64,000 bases of DNA from an uncultured bacterium (GTDB lineage Bacteria; Zhuqueibacterota; QNDG01; CAYUAG01): positions 367-64,366 of the forward strand of contig CAZETW010000001.1 in the NCBI GenBank assembly GCA_964515295.1. Reading direction: 5' to 3'. Numbering within the stretch: the first letter of the stretch is position 1; each line of letters begins with the position of its first letter. Both the position numbers and the translations under genes were made by a program. Below the pieces are notes generated by a model that did no database searches, had not been told where the DNA came from, and saw only the letters and a list, made by a program, of their open reading frames with translations. Below, one piece after another: positions 1 through 9,315 of this stretch.

Positions 1-214
1 TAAGAACTAAACTTATACCAATAAAAAATATCAAATCAGAATCTACCCAGCAAGGAGGCCACTGTTCCGCTGTCATAACATATCCCAATATAGCTACCAA
101 TAGCAGTAATCCTGCATGAGCCATGGTTTCTTTATGATTATGATATGCACCTTTGGCAGTATAAATTGCTCTAATATTGTCGTAATAGTCAAGATTACTA
201 TTATTTTCTCCCAT
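1..214 (-). CDS. Partial CDS (N-terminal part; continues past window start): hypothetical membrane protein
   Basis: ATG at 212-214 on minus strand. Translation MGENNSNLDYYDNIRAIYTAKGAYHNHKETMAHAGLLLLVAILGYVMTAEQWPPCWVDSDLIFFIGISLVL runs to the window edge without a stop and contains a hydrophobic helix. Absent from the ORF track only because it is unterminated inside the window. Confidence 0.35.
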   Translation of the reverse strand, partial: MGENNSNLDYYDNIRAIYTAKGAYHNHKETMAHAGLLLLVAILGYVMTAEQWPPCWVDSDLIFFIGISLVL

Positions 215-360
215 AATTATCACCCATTTCTTTTTTGATAATGAAATATATATTATATTTATTAATAATATATTAAATTTATTTTATTAATGCAAATCTA
301 ATTAATCAAGCATTTATCCTATTTCAACCATGAATTTCAAATTTAACCCAAAAAATCTCC

Positions 361-392
361 TTCTTCTTCGTGCCCTTCGTGTTTTTCGTGGG
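361..392 (+). promoter_or_regulatory. Candidate operator: (TTC)3 then three TTCGTG hexamers at exact 9-bp spacing, about 75 nt upstream of the thioredoxin-panB operon
   Basis: Read directly: ttcttcTTCGTGcccTTCGTGtttTTCGTGgga, with TTCGTG at 367-372, 376-381 and 385-390. Confidence 0.25.
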
Positions 393-466
393 AAAATTTT
401 TTTTAACTTGCATCTCTTTTCTATCCTCTTTATATTTACAAAAACAAATAATAACCGGAGTATCCC

Positions 467-973
467 ATGTTAAACAAAAAATTAAAACAAATAGTGATCT
501 TCACTGTTATTATCATCCAATTGATGTTACTTCTTACTTTATTAATCAACTGCTCCGGCAAGGAAGAATCAACTGGTGAAAATGAGATAAAGAAAATTGC
601 CTGGCTGCATGATATAAAAAAAGCAAAAAAGATGGCAATCTCCCGGAACAAACCGCTTATGATTGACTTTTATGCTGATTGGTGTCCTCCCTGTATCAAA
701 ATGAAAGATTCAACTTTTACAGATCAAAGGATTATAGAAAAATCTGATCAATTCATCCCGGTTAAAATTGATGTGGATAAACAGGGAGAAATTGCCAACA
801 AGTATCAATCTAATGCATCAAAATACGGAGGAATTGGAATACCCAATATCCTTTTTATTTCTCCGGACAGCACAAAGTTAGCTCATCCTATCGGATATAA
901 GAATCCAGAAACATTTATCATGATTATGGATTCAGTGCTTACAAAATTTAATCTGAAACACCATGATCTGTAA
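467..973 (+). CDS. Thioredoxin-fold thiol:disulfide oxidoreductase (secreted or lipoprotein)
   Basis: N-terminal hydrophobic signal and a WCPPC redox motif in a thioredoxin-like context (DFYADWCPPCIKMK). Confidence 0.7.
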   Translation: MLNKKLKQIVIFTVIIIQLMLLLTLLINCSGKEESTGENEIKKIAWLHDIKKAKKMAISRNKPLMIDFYADWCPPCIKMKDSTFTDQRIIEKSDQFIPVKIDVDKQGEIANKYQSNASKYGGIGIPNILFISPDSTKLAHPIGYKNPETFIMIMDSVLTKFNLKHHDL

Positions 974-1012
974 TTTATTTTTAATGAAAACAGATTAAGG
1001 GGGAGTATATTT

Positions 1013-1816
1013 ATGGAAAGAAAAAAAATTACAGTTCCTGCTATAAAAAAAATGAAACAGAAAAATGAGAAGATCACCTGCCTTACTGCTTATGACTGGT
1101 GTCTTGCTTCCCTGCTCGATTCAGCTGGTATTGAACTTATTTTAGTAGGAGATTCAGCTTCAATGGTTTTTGCAGGGAATAAAACCACTCTACCAGCGAC
1201 CATGGATCAGATGATGTATCACAGTCAAGTTGTGAGCCGGGGAGTGGAATACGGTCTGGTAATTACAGATATGCCTTTTTTATCCTATCAAATTTCTCCG
1301 GAAACTGCCCTAAAAAATGCAGGGCGATTTATAAAAGAATGTGAAGTTGAAGGAGTAAAAATTGAGGGTGGTGAACATATAGCTGAAACTGTTCGTAAAA
1401 TTGTCAATTCAGGTATTCCGGTTATGGGGCATCTGGGTCTCACTCCTCAATCCATCCATCAATTTGGCAGTTATAAAACCCAGGGAAAAGACAAAAAAAC
1501 TGCCAAAAAATTAGTGAAAGATGCAAATATATTAGAAGAAGCAGGAGTATTTTCTATAGTACTTGAAAAAATACCTGCTGCAGTTGCTCAGGAAGTTACT
1601 CTTTCTGTGTCCGTGCCTACTATTGGTATTGGAGCTGGCCCTTATTGCGACGGACAGATTCTTGTTACTCATGATATGCTGGGTCTGTTTGAAACCTTTA
1701 AACCAAAATTTGCAAGAAAATATGCAGATATCGGACCTGAAATAAAAAAATCTGTTGAAAAATATATTCAGGATATTAAAAATAATAAATTCCCAGATCA
1801 AAAGGAAAGCTTCTAA
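1013..1816 (+). CDS. panB: 3-methyl-2-oxobutanoate hydroxymethyltransferase (ketopantoate hydroxymethyltransferase)
   Basis: Full-length match to PanB family: KITCLTAYDW..LILVGDSASMV..GN..TLP.T.DQM.YH, 267 aa. Confidence 0.9.
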   Translation: MERKKITVPAIKKMKQKNEKITCLTAYDWCLASLLDSAGIELILVGDSASMVFAGNKTTLPATMDQMMYHSQVVSRGVEYGLVITDMPFLSYQISPETALKNAGRFIKECEVEGVKIEGGEHIAETVRKIVNSGIPVMGHLGLTPQSIHQFGSYKTQGKDKKTAKKLVKDANILEEAGVFSIVLEKIPAAVAQEVTLSVSVPTIGIGAGPYCDGQILVTHDMLGLFETFKPKFARKYADIGPEIKKSVEKYIQDIKNNKFPDQKESF

Positions 1817-2292
1817 TGGAATCTATATTCTTATATATTATAATCGGAGTAAGTTTTTATCTCATAAATATAGCCACTAAAAAAAGCCGCCAGATATTTA
1901 AACTCCTGGCATACTTGGAAACCGGTTTTATTTTAGGATTGATTCTCGGTTTTATCACAGATTTTCCTCTTACTTCTCATATCAGACTGCCGTGGTTAGC
2001 GCTTGCTATTATTGGATTAATAGCAGGACTAATTCTTTACAGCGCTGAAAAAATTAATTTTTTTAATTTATCAGGATTAAAATACCTTGCTACATTACTG
2101 TTAGGATTCATTCATGCTGTAATATCTTATTTCTTCATGAAATTATACATAATAATTTCAACTGTCGGACTCACGGAATCCGAATCAGTAACCCTGCATC
2201 CCCTGATATTTCTTCTTCTGGGTTTTCTTATATTTTTTGGTTATACACTGCCTAAGCGATTGTTTAAAAATACTATGGAAAATAAAGAATAA
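1816..2292 (+). CDS. Hypothetical polytopic membrane protein
   Basis: Four or more hydrophobic helices. Start overlaps the panB stop (ATGA-type coupling). Confidence 0.45.
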   Translation: MESIFLYIIIGVSFYLINIATKKSRQIFKLLAYLETGFILGLILGFITDFPLTSHIRLPWLALAIIGLIAGLILYSAEKINFFNLSGLKYLATLLLGFIHAVISYFFMKLYIIISTVGLTESESVTLHPLIFLLLGFLIFFGYTLPKRLFKNTMENKE

Positions 2293-2297
2293 TTAAT

Positions 2298-3677
2298 ATG
2301 CCTCAAACACCTAAATATTGTAAAAATCATCCTGATATTGTAGCTGAGCATATATGTCATCAATGCTATCAACCAATCTGTTTTAACTGCTTGATAAATT
2401 TTTTGGATCATAAGTTTTGCAGTATTAAGTGTATTTTTCTGTTTTGTGCTAAAGAAATAGGAAAAGCGATGTATGCTGTATTTCGATTTCTGTTCTTAAT
2501 GGTGCTCTGGCCTTTTTCAAAAATCAATAAAATTAATAAGCATATTTTATTCGAGCTGATTTTACTCTGTGGATTGATTATTGGCTTGTTTTTTATTTTT
2601 CAAATGAAGAATGAAGTACACATGCTTAAGCAAATACAAGAAAAAAACATTGAAGAATCGTTAGTTGATACAACTTATTCACCGCAATCTTTTGTTTCCT
2701 CACCCCAAAAAAGCGGCATGGTCTATTCTAATACCATAACCATTGATGGACAGTGCAATGAAAATAAAATTGTTGCTTTATATATTGATACAACTCTTAT
2801 AGAAGCATTTTTACCAAAAAACAACAAATTCACTTTTGAAAATATAACATTAAACCGTGGTAAAAATAAATTAAAAGTAAAGACAATATCACCAAATGGT
2901 ATTATTCATACCATTCAAACTCTTACTTTCAATTATGCACCTCCTTCTTTTTTTTATCTTAGCAAAAGCTTTTCCCGTGGATCCAGGAATATCAAACAAA
3001 TTGCTCTTACCTTTGATGGGGGTTCAACCAACAATATTTCTCAGGAAATACTGGATATTCTAAAAAATGAAAAAGTCAAAGCAACTTTTTTCCTTACAGG
3101 TCAGTTTATTAAGAATTATACCAATACGGTTAAACGAATAATAAAAGACGGTCACGAAGTAGGCAATCATACCTGGAGTCATCCGCATCTTACCACCTTT
3201 GCTGATAATTTTAAACATAACACTAAAGAAGGAATAAATGAAGAAGTAATTTACAAACAATTAGTTAAAACAAATCATCTATTTCAGATAGTTACCGGGG
3301 AAAAAATGTCTCCTTTTTGGAGAGCTCCCTACGGAGAATATAATAATGAAATACTCCAATGGGCTGCAAAATCCGGATATAAGCATATTGGATGGACTCA
3401 TGGAAATGGATGGGAAGAAACTATGGATACCTTCGACTGGGTTGCAGATACAAGTTCGAAAATTTATAAAACAGCAGATGAAATAATAGAAAAAATTCTA
3501 ACTTATGATAAAAAACCTAACAAAACACTTAATGGTATAATCATTTTGATGCATATGGGAAGTGAACGTAACAAAGATTATCCTCACCAGAAATTACCTG
3601 AACTCATTGATGGTTTACGGAATAAAGGACTTGAATTAGTAACTATTTCAGAACTTCTGGAAAATATCAGAAAATAA
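2298..3677 (+). CDS. Polysaccharide deacetylase (NodB/CE4 domain) with N-terminal Cys-rich zinc-ribbon and transmembrane anchor
   Basis: N-terminal CKNHPD..HICHQCYQPICFNC..CSIKC followed by TM helices. C-terminal NodB motifs: LTFDGG, KATFFLTGQ, GHEVGNHTWSHPHL, and a later ILMH block. Confidence 0.75.
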   Translation: MPQTPKYCKNHPDIVAEHICHQCYQPICFNCLINFLDHKFCSIKCIFLFCAKEIGKAMYAVFRFLFLMVLWPFSKINKINKHILFELILLCGLIIGLFFIFQMKNEVHMLKQIQEKNIEESLVDTTYSPQSFVSSPQKSGMVYSNTITIDGQCNENKIVALYIDTTLIEAFLPKNNKFTFENITLNRGKNKLKVKTISPNGIIHTIQTLTFNYAPPSFFYLSKSFSRGSRNIKQIALTFDGGSTNNISQEILDILKNEKVKATFFLTGQFIKNYTNTVKRIIKDGHEVGNHTWSHPHLTTFADNFKHNTKEGINEEVIYKQLVKTNHLFQIVTGEKMSPFWRAPYGEYNNEILQWAAKSGYKHIGWTHGNGWEETMDTFDWVADTSSKIYKTADEIIEKILTYDKKPNKTLNGIIILMHMGSERNKDYPHQKLPELIDGLRNKGLELVTISELLENIRK

Positions 3678-3679
3678 AA

Positions 3680-4720
3680 ATGAAAATAATAAAAAACATA
3701 ATACTTATCTTGTTTTTTCTATCCATAATTTCACTTTATGCCCAAACTCCATTTACAGACAAAACAGATTCATTGATTTTAAATGGTATAAATCAAACTT
3801 TTCAATGTAATTTCGATTCAGCAATGAATCTGTTTCAACAGGTAATAGAAAAATATCCTGATCATCCTGTAGGATATTTTTATCAGGCTGCAACATTGCA
3901 ATCAAAAATGATGGACGAAGAATCAGACAACCTAAAAGAGGAATTTTATAACGCTATTGACACCGCAATCCATATAGGGTCGAACCGTCTTAACGAGAAA
4001 GATGCATGGATATATTTCTATCTCGGAACTTCTTACAGTTATAAAGGACTTTTTCTGGGCAAACAGAACAGCATCATTCCTGCTGTTATTACAGCCAAAA
4101 AAGGAGTAAAACATCTTAAGAAGTCTTTAAGGCTCGACCCCACACTGTATGATGCCTGGCTTGGGCTGGGAAGCTATATGTACTGGTCGGGTTATTTTTA
4201 CCGGTATCTGAAATGGCTTCCCTGGATCAGTGATGATAGAAAAGAAGGAATCGAAAAAATTCGTTTATCTATATCTAAAGGAAGCTTTTCTTACTGGGTC
4301 GGAATCAACAGTTTAGGATGGATTGAATATAACCGGGATAACTTTACGGAAGCCCTTGAACTTTTTCAAAAAGGATTAAAAAAATATCCGGACAGCCGTT
4401 TTTTTCTCTGGGGTGGGGGGGATTGTTATTTTAAGATGGGTGAATTCAATAAAGCTGTAAGAATATACGAAAAATTACTCCAGTCAATTATACATAATAC
4501 CTCAAATAATGGTTATAATGAAATAGAATGCAGAACCCACCTGATGGTATCTTACTTTTATCTGGAACAGTATGAAAAATGTTATCATCATAGTTCAGCT
4601 ATCCTCTCCAGAAAAACAGATGAATCAATTGCTAAAAGACTTAAAAAACACTATAAAACTGCTGAAGATTTCCGCTTAAAATGTCTGGCCTATCTTCAGC
4701 CCGCAGTATCTTCTGAATAA
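3680..4720 (+). CDS. Secreted TPR-repeat protein
   Basis: Signal peptide followed by multiple 34-aa TPR-like units rich in W/Y/G/A. Confidence 0.65.
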   Translation: MKIIKNIILILFFLSIISLYAQTPFTDKTDSLILNGINQTFQCNFDSAMNLFQQVIEKYPDHPVGYFYQAATLQSKMMDEESDNLKEEFYNAIDTAIHIGSNRLNEKDAWIYFYLGTSYSYKGLFLGKQNSIIPAVITAKKGVKHLKKSLRLDPTLYDAWLGLGSYMYWSGYFYRYLKWLPWISDDRKEGIEKIRLSISKGSFSYWVGINSLGWIEYNRDNFTEALELFQKGLKKYPDSRFFLWGGGDCYFKMGEFNKAVRIYEKLLQSIIHNTSNNGYNEIECRTHLMVSYFYLEQYEKCYHHSSAILSRKTDESIAKRLKKHYKTAEDFRLKCLAYLQPAVSSE

Positions 4721-4844
4721 ATTCTGGATATTTATAAATTCATTCAATTACTTAAGTAAACAAAATTTAACAAGTTATGGCCTAATTTTTGCAACTTTAA
4801 TGATGAATAAAATTTTATAGGAACCATATCAAAATGTAATACTT

Positions 4845-5273
4845 ATGGATACTAATAAATTAAAAATTGCAATCATCGAAGATTCTGAAACCAGTCGATT
4901 TTTTTACAAAGTTAACTTGCAAAAATGGGGTTTCGAGGTCTTTGAAGCTGAGACAGGCGCAGAAGGTTGGAAAATAATTCAACAAGTAAATCCTGAACTT
5001 ATTATACTCGATATGATGCTCCCGGATACTAATGGATTTGAGATACTTAAAAAAATCAGGGGCTGTAATTCCACTAAAAATCTTCCTGTGCTTGTACTTA
5101 CGTCTGATAAAGAAATAACGCATGTACAAAGAGCTCTTCAATTAGGTGCAAATCATTATAGTGTTAAAGGAAAAGACTCTTTGGAAAAAATTAAAAACAT
5201 GATTTTTAAATTGCTTAAAAGAGCTTTTGAACAGCAAATAGAATTTTCTGACCCTCCTTCCTCTAAGAATTAG
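4845..5273 (+). CDS. Single-domain response regulator (CheY-like receiver)
   Basis: IAIIEDSE...LIILDMMLPDTNGFEIL...VLVLTS...K matches the receiver fold, with the phospho-acceptor Asp in ILDMMLP. Confidence 0.8.
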   Translation: MDTNKLKIAIIEDSETSRFFYKVNLQKWGFEVFEAETGAEGWKIIQQVNPELIILDMMLPDTNGFEILKKIRGCNSTKNLPVLVLTSDKEITHVQRALQLGANHYSVKGKDSLEKIKNMIFKLLKRAFEQQIEFSDPPSSKN

Positions 5274-5310
5274 CCGCAGTCAAACAACTTGTTGTTTTAA
5301 ATTAATCACA

Positions 5311-5356
5311 GTACAAAAAAGTAATACCCTCCTGTAATTGTTTTCAGAAGGGTATT
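5311..5356. terminator. Rho-independent terminator between convergent genes (response regulator + strand, pckA - strand)
   Basis: Stem AATACCCT/AGGGTATT (5323-5330 / 5349-5356) plus an inner CTG/CAG extension. On the minus strand it is followed by TTTTTTGT. The plus-strand side is A/T rich. Confidence 0.65.
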
Positions 5357-5387
5357 TTAATATTATTAATCTGATCAAAATAATAGT

Positions 5388-7034
5388 CTACTTACCAGGG
5401 CACTGCTCTGCTACCTTGGGATCTATATTTTTATTACCATAAGCTTTATCAAAATGATTCTTAAAATCTCTGGCAAGCTTAACAGCTCTTTGTTCATAAG
5501 ATTGTTTACCCTTCCAGGATTTTTTTGGATTTAAAATATTTTTAGGCACTTCAGGACATGATTTTGGTATCCAAACCTTAAAATATTCATCCTGTTCATA
5601 CTCGACTTTTACCAATTTTCTGTTTAAAGCTGCTTTTACCATTGCTCTGGTTAAATTTATATCCATTCTGTCACCTTCTCCATAGGGGGCGCCACTCCAT
5701 CCTGTATTAATCAGGTATACCTGTGAACCATGTTCTTTCATCTTCTCTCCCAGCATACCGGCATAAATATCAGGATTAAGAGGCATAAACGGTTCACCAA
5801 AAAAACGGCTGAAAGTAGAGACCGGTTCTACAATACCTGTCTCAGTACCAGCCAATTTACTGGTATATCCCATTAAAAACCAAAGCATAGCCTGTTCCGG
5901 TGTCAGTTTGGAAACTGGTGGAATTACCCCGTTTGCATCTGCTGTCAGGAACAAAATGGTTTTAGGATGGTCTGCAGTTGAGGCAGGTTTAATATTGGAT
6001 AGATACCGTAAAGGATAACTAGCACGTGAATTAGGAGTAAATCGGTCATCATCAAAATCAAATATGCCATTCGGATAAATCATAGCATTTTCAACAATAG
6101 CACCATGTTTTAAATAATCATCTTTATGCATTACTGCATTATAGATCTCAGATTCTTTCTCAGGATTAATATTAATAAATTTTGCGTAGCATCCGTTTTC
6201 AAAATTAGCTATCCCCTTATCAGACCAGCCATGTTCATCATCACCCAGTAATGCACGGCTCGGATCAGCAGAAAGAGAAGTTTTTCCTGTCCCGGATAAT
6301 CCTAAAAGCAAAGCAGAATCATTATCTTCACCTTCATTCGCTGAACAGTGAAGGGGAAGTATTTTTTCCATGGGTAAATAATAATTCATCACTGTAAAGA
6401 TCAATTTTTTCACACTACCTCCGTAAGCAGAACCGATTACCACACCGAGATGTCTGTCCATATCCATAGCAACGATCATATTAGTGGTCTGCCCGTCAGG
6501 CAACTGACGCAAATGTCCTTTGTATCTTTTTCTGGTAAGTTTATCATAAGGCAATACAATTAAAGTAAAGGGGCGCTTATAAAAACAACTTTTTTCAATA
6601 TCATCAGGCACTGATCTGAACATATTATCTGTGAACAAAACTGTTGTTGCCTTATCAGTAATTGTCTTAACAGGAAGAGCAAAGGAGGTGTCAGCTCCAA
6701 CCACACGATTAGTAATAAATATAGTTTCTTTTTTGTTGAGTAAGGATAGTCCGTCCTCCATGGCCATATCAAAAGTTTTTTCAGTAATGGGTATATTATT
6801 AGGACTATCCCAGTCAATATTGGATTCACTTTCTTTTCTTTTAACTATAACAGTATCCTTAGGGCTACGGCCAGTAGATTCCGGAGGTGTCCAGGTAGCT
6901 AAAGCACCATTAGCTGAGACTACAGTTTCTTTCCGTTCTACTGAGAGACGGATCATTTCCTCTCGCGGTAAATCTTCTTTTACCAAACTGGCTTTCTTTT
7001 CTAAAACCTTATTAATCTCTTTTTCCCAATTCAA
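5388..7034 (-). CDS. pckA: Phosphoenolpyruvate carboxykinase (ATP)
   Basis: 548 aa with kinase-1a-type loop LLGLSGTGKTSLSADP and conserved PEPCK-ATP blocks (GDDEHGW, NTGWSG). Confidence 0.95.
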   Translation of the reverse strand: MNWEKEINKVLEKKASLVKEDLPREEMIRLSVERKETVVSANGALATWTPPESTGRSPKDTVIVKRKESESNIDWDSPNNIPITEKTFDMAMEDGLSLLNKKETIFITNRVVGADTSFALPVKTITDKATTVLFTDNMFRSVPDDIEKSCFYKRPFTLIVLPYDKLTRKRYKGHLRQLPDGQTTNMIVAMDMDRHLGVVIGSAYGGSVKKLIFTVMNYYLPMEKILPLHCSANEGEDNDSALLLGLSGTGKTSLSADPSRALLGDDEHGWSDKGIANFENGCYAKFININPEKESEIYNAVMHKDDYLKHGAIVENAMIYPNGIFDFDDDRFTPNSRASYPLRYLSNIKPASTADHPKTILFLTADANGVIPPVSKLTPEQAMLWFLMGYTSKLAGTETGIVEPVSTFSRFFGEPFMPLNPDIYAGMLGEKMKEHGSQVYLINTGWSGAPYGEGDRMDINLTRAMVKAALNRKLVKVEYEQDEYFKVWIPKSCPEVPKNILNPKKSWKGKQSYEQRAVKLARDFKNHFDKAYGNKNIDPKVAEQCPGK

Positions 7035-7090
7035 TGTTACCTCCTTATTTTATTGACATAGTTATATAAAAAATTATTTATTATAATATC

Positions 7091-7810
7091 TTACTTTCTC
7101 CATAATCCCATCCGAAGAACATCTTTATACTCCCCATCTACAAAAACTTCATTATGCAATATTCCTTCTACTCTAAATCCGACTTCCTCATTCAAACGTA
7201 TATTTCGTATATTAGTATCAAAAGTATTTAAATAAATCTTCTTCAAATCTAAATTGCAAAAGCCATATTTAATCCATAATTTGGTGGCCTCTTTTGCATA
7301 ACCTTTGCCTCTAAATTTTATATTTCCTATCAACTTTCTTAGTTCAGTTTTTAAATGATTAACATCATAATTTAAAAATGCTACAGAGCCAATGGGAGTT
7401 TCATCTTTTAAAGTTATTATACCAATAATATTACTGTCTGCATTTAACAGCTCATCAATGCTCATTTCTCTGGCAGTTATCCGGGATAAAAGAAATCTTT
7501 TACCAGCATCATCTTTTAACCATTTCTCAAATAATCCTCTGTCCTTATTCCTATCCAATAATCTTACTATAATATTTTTACCAATTAAGGGCGGGGTTAC
7601 TAATTCATTTAAATTCTCCTCAATCCTGTTGAATTTTAAATTGGAACTTAATTTTTTCGAATTCTCCTCTCCCATGACATTATCCAGAAGTACATTTACA
7701 AATCTAACATAATCGATTTGTTTAAATCCATAAGAAGTACCTTCTTTAACAAAACTCCTGGCAAGAGCCTCTAAAGTAGGTTCAGGTACATTTGAATCAG
7801 TGAATTTCAT
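7091..7810 (-). CDS. GNAT-family N-acetyltransferase with an N-terminal extra domain
   Basis: C-terminal half has GNAT motifs (IGIITLKD..GSVAF..RGKGYAKEATKLWIKYGF..L..I.L.T...N..NIRLNEEVGF). Confidence 0.65.
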   Translation of the reverse strand: MKFTDSNVPEPTLEALARSFVKEGTSYGFKQIDYVRFVNVLLDNVMGEENSKKLSSNLKFNRIEENLNELVTPPLIGKNIIVRLLDRNKDRGLFEKWLKDDAGKRFLLSRITAREMSIDELLNADSNIIGIITLKDETPIGSVAFLNYDVNHLKTELRKLIGNIKFRGKGYAKEATKLWIKYGFCNLDLKKIYLNTFDTNIRNIRLNEEVGFRVEGILHNEVFVDGEYKDVLRMGLWRK

Positions 7811-7816
7811 ATAATA

Positions 7817-8302
7817 TTACCCAATTTTGTAACCGATTTTTCTTAAAAATTCAATTCTTTCTTGTTTATCTGCATCTGTCTCAAATCCCTTTGGCGGGCT
7901 TCCGTCAACCACTCCAATGATACCTCTGCCCAAATCAGTTTCTACGATTAATACTTGAGTAGGATTTGCTGTAGCACAAAATATTCTGCAAATCTCAGGA
8001 ATATTACGGAGTGAATTCATAACATTTATTGGAAAAGCATTTTTTAAAAAAATAATAAAACTATGCCCGGCACTAATATTAGAAGCATTCTTTTTGGCTA
8101 ATTCAATAAGCATATCATCGGTTCCTGTGAATCGGATCAAGCAATCAGCTGAGGCTTCACAAAAAGCAAGACCAAACTTTATATCCGGAACTGTTTGTAC
8201 CAACGCTTCATGGACGTCTTCTACAGTCTTAATGAAATGGGATTGCCCAAGAATAAAATTAAAATTTTCCGGATTTTCAATCTCTACTTTCTCAATATCC
8301 AC
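7817..8302 (-). CDS. Conserved 160-aa protein, possibly adenosine-specific-kinase-like family (PF04008-like)
   Basis: Size and motif resemblance only (GTDDMLIEL...HSFIIFL...VVDGSPPKG). Weak recall of the family; treat as a hypothetical conserved protein. Confidence 0.3.
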   Translation of the reverse strand: MDIEKVEIENPENFNFILGQSHFIKTVEDVHEALVQTVPDIKFGLAFCEASADCLIRFTGTDDMLIELAKKNASNISAGHSFIIFLKNAFPINVMNSLRNIPEICRIFCATANPTQVLIVETDLGRGIIGVVDGSPPKGFETDADKQERIEFLRKIGYKIG

Positions 8303-8396
8303 ATATCCTCCTTAATTATTTCTTCAATAATTACAGGACCTGCTCAAACCCATCTTCTCAAATAATTAAACTAATTCAATATACATTTGAAAACAT

Positions 8397-8603
8397 TTAT
8401 TTCTTATTGTTTTTTTTATCTGAATTTACATCATCCTCTATTTTATCAAATTCGTCCTCTACTTCTTTTGTTGCATTTTTGAACTCTCTTATACCTTTAC
8501 CTAGACCTCTGGCTAATTCAGGTAATTTTTTTGCTCCGAATAAAAGCAAAATTACAAGAAAGATCAACATTATTTCTACAGGACCAATTGAACTGAAACC
8601 CAT
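8397..8603 (-). CDS. tatA: Twin-arginine translocase subunit TatA/E
   Basis: 68 aa: N-terminal TM helix GPVEIMLIFLVILLLFGAKKLPELARGLGKGIREFK followed by an acidic tail. Canonical TatA. Confidence 0.85.
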   Translation of the reverse strand: MGFSSIGPVEIMLIFLVILLLFGAKKLPELARGLGKGIREFKNATKEVEDEFDKIEDDVNSDKKNNKK

Positions 8604-8616
8604 CGATGCCTCCTCT

Positions 8617-9315
8617 TTACTTTTTTAATATAACTGATTTAATCACCCATTTTACTACACCATATAAAATAAAAATCATTAACAAAGGAAACAAGTACTT
8701 TTTCGGAAATAAAATCATAATTCCTGTCCCTAAAAGTAATGAAATTGACATAATGCTGGTTTTTAATCCTTTTTTAAAGCTGACTACAGGCCAATTATAT
8801 GGTACAGGACTGACCATAACAACTGATAAGATGAATATTATGTATATCCACCAGCATGAAATATCAATAGTTATATAAGGAGGGTCAAAAATCCACAAGG
8901 CTGAAATTGTAACAGCACTAACCGGAAGAGGAAGACCAATATATCCTTTACTATTTCTCATAGTATGTAATATATTAAATCTGGAAAGTCGATAACTTCC
9001 TGAAAAAACATAAATAAAACATATAATTACTGCCCAGAATTCATAATTATCTGCAATTGATGAGTAGATTAAAAGAGACGGTGCTAAGCCCGAAGAAATA
9101 AGATCTGCAAATGAATCAAAAACAAATCCAAAGTTTGACTCTAATTTTGTGATTCGAGCTATAGCTCCATCCCAGGCATCAAAAATAACAGCAAATATAA
9201 TAAACCAAGCTGCAATATTAAATTCTCCAACACTGATCTTAACTACAGCTAAAAACCCAAAAAATAAATTTAATAAAGTAAATAAATTTGGAATAAAATA
9301 CAGTCTATTTTTCAT
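8617..9315 (-). CDS. pssA: CDP-diacylglycerol--serine O-phosphatidyltransferase (CDP-alcohol phosphatidyltransferase family)
   Basis: CDP-OH transferase signature D-G-x2-A-R-x8-G-x3-D-x3-D (DAWDGAIARITKLESNFGFVFDSFADLISSG). Polytopic. Overlaps psd downstream. Confidence 0.8.
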   Translation of the reverse strand: MKNRLYFIPNLFTLLNLFFGFLAVVKISVGEFNIAAWFIIFAVIFDAWDGAIARITKLESNFGFVFDSFADLISSGLAPSLLIYSSIADNYEFWAVIICFIYVFSGSYRLSRFNILHTMRNSKGYIGLPLPVSAVTISALWIFDPPYITIDISCWWIYIIFILSVVMVSPVPYNWPVVSFKKGLKTSIMSISLLLGTGIMILFPKKYLFPLLMIFILYGVVKWVIKSVILKK

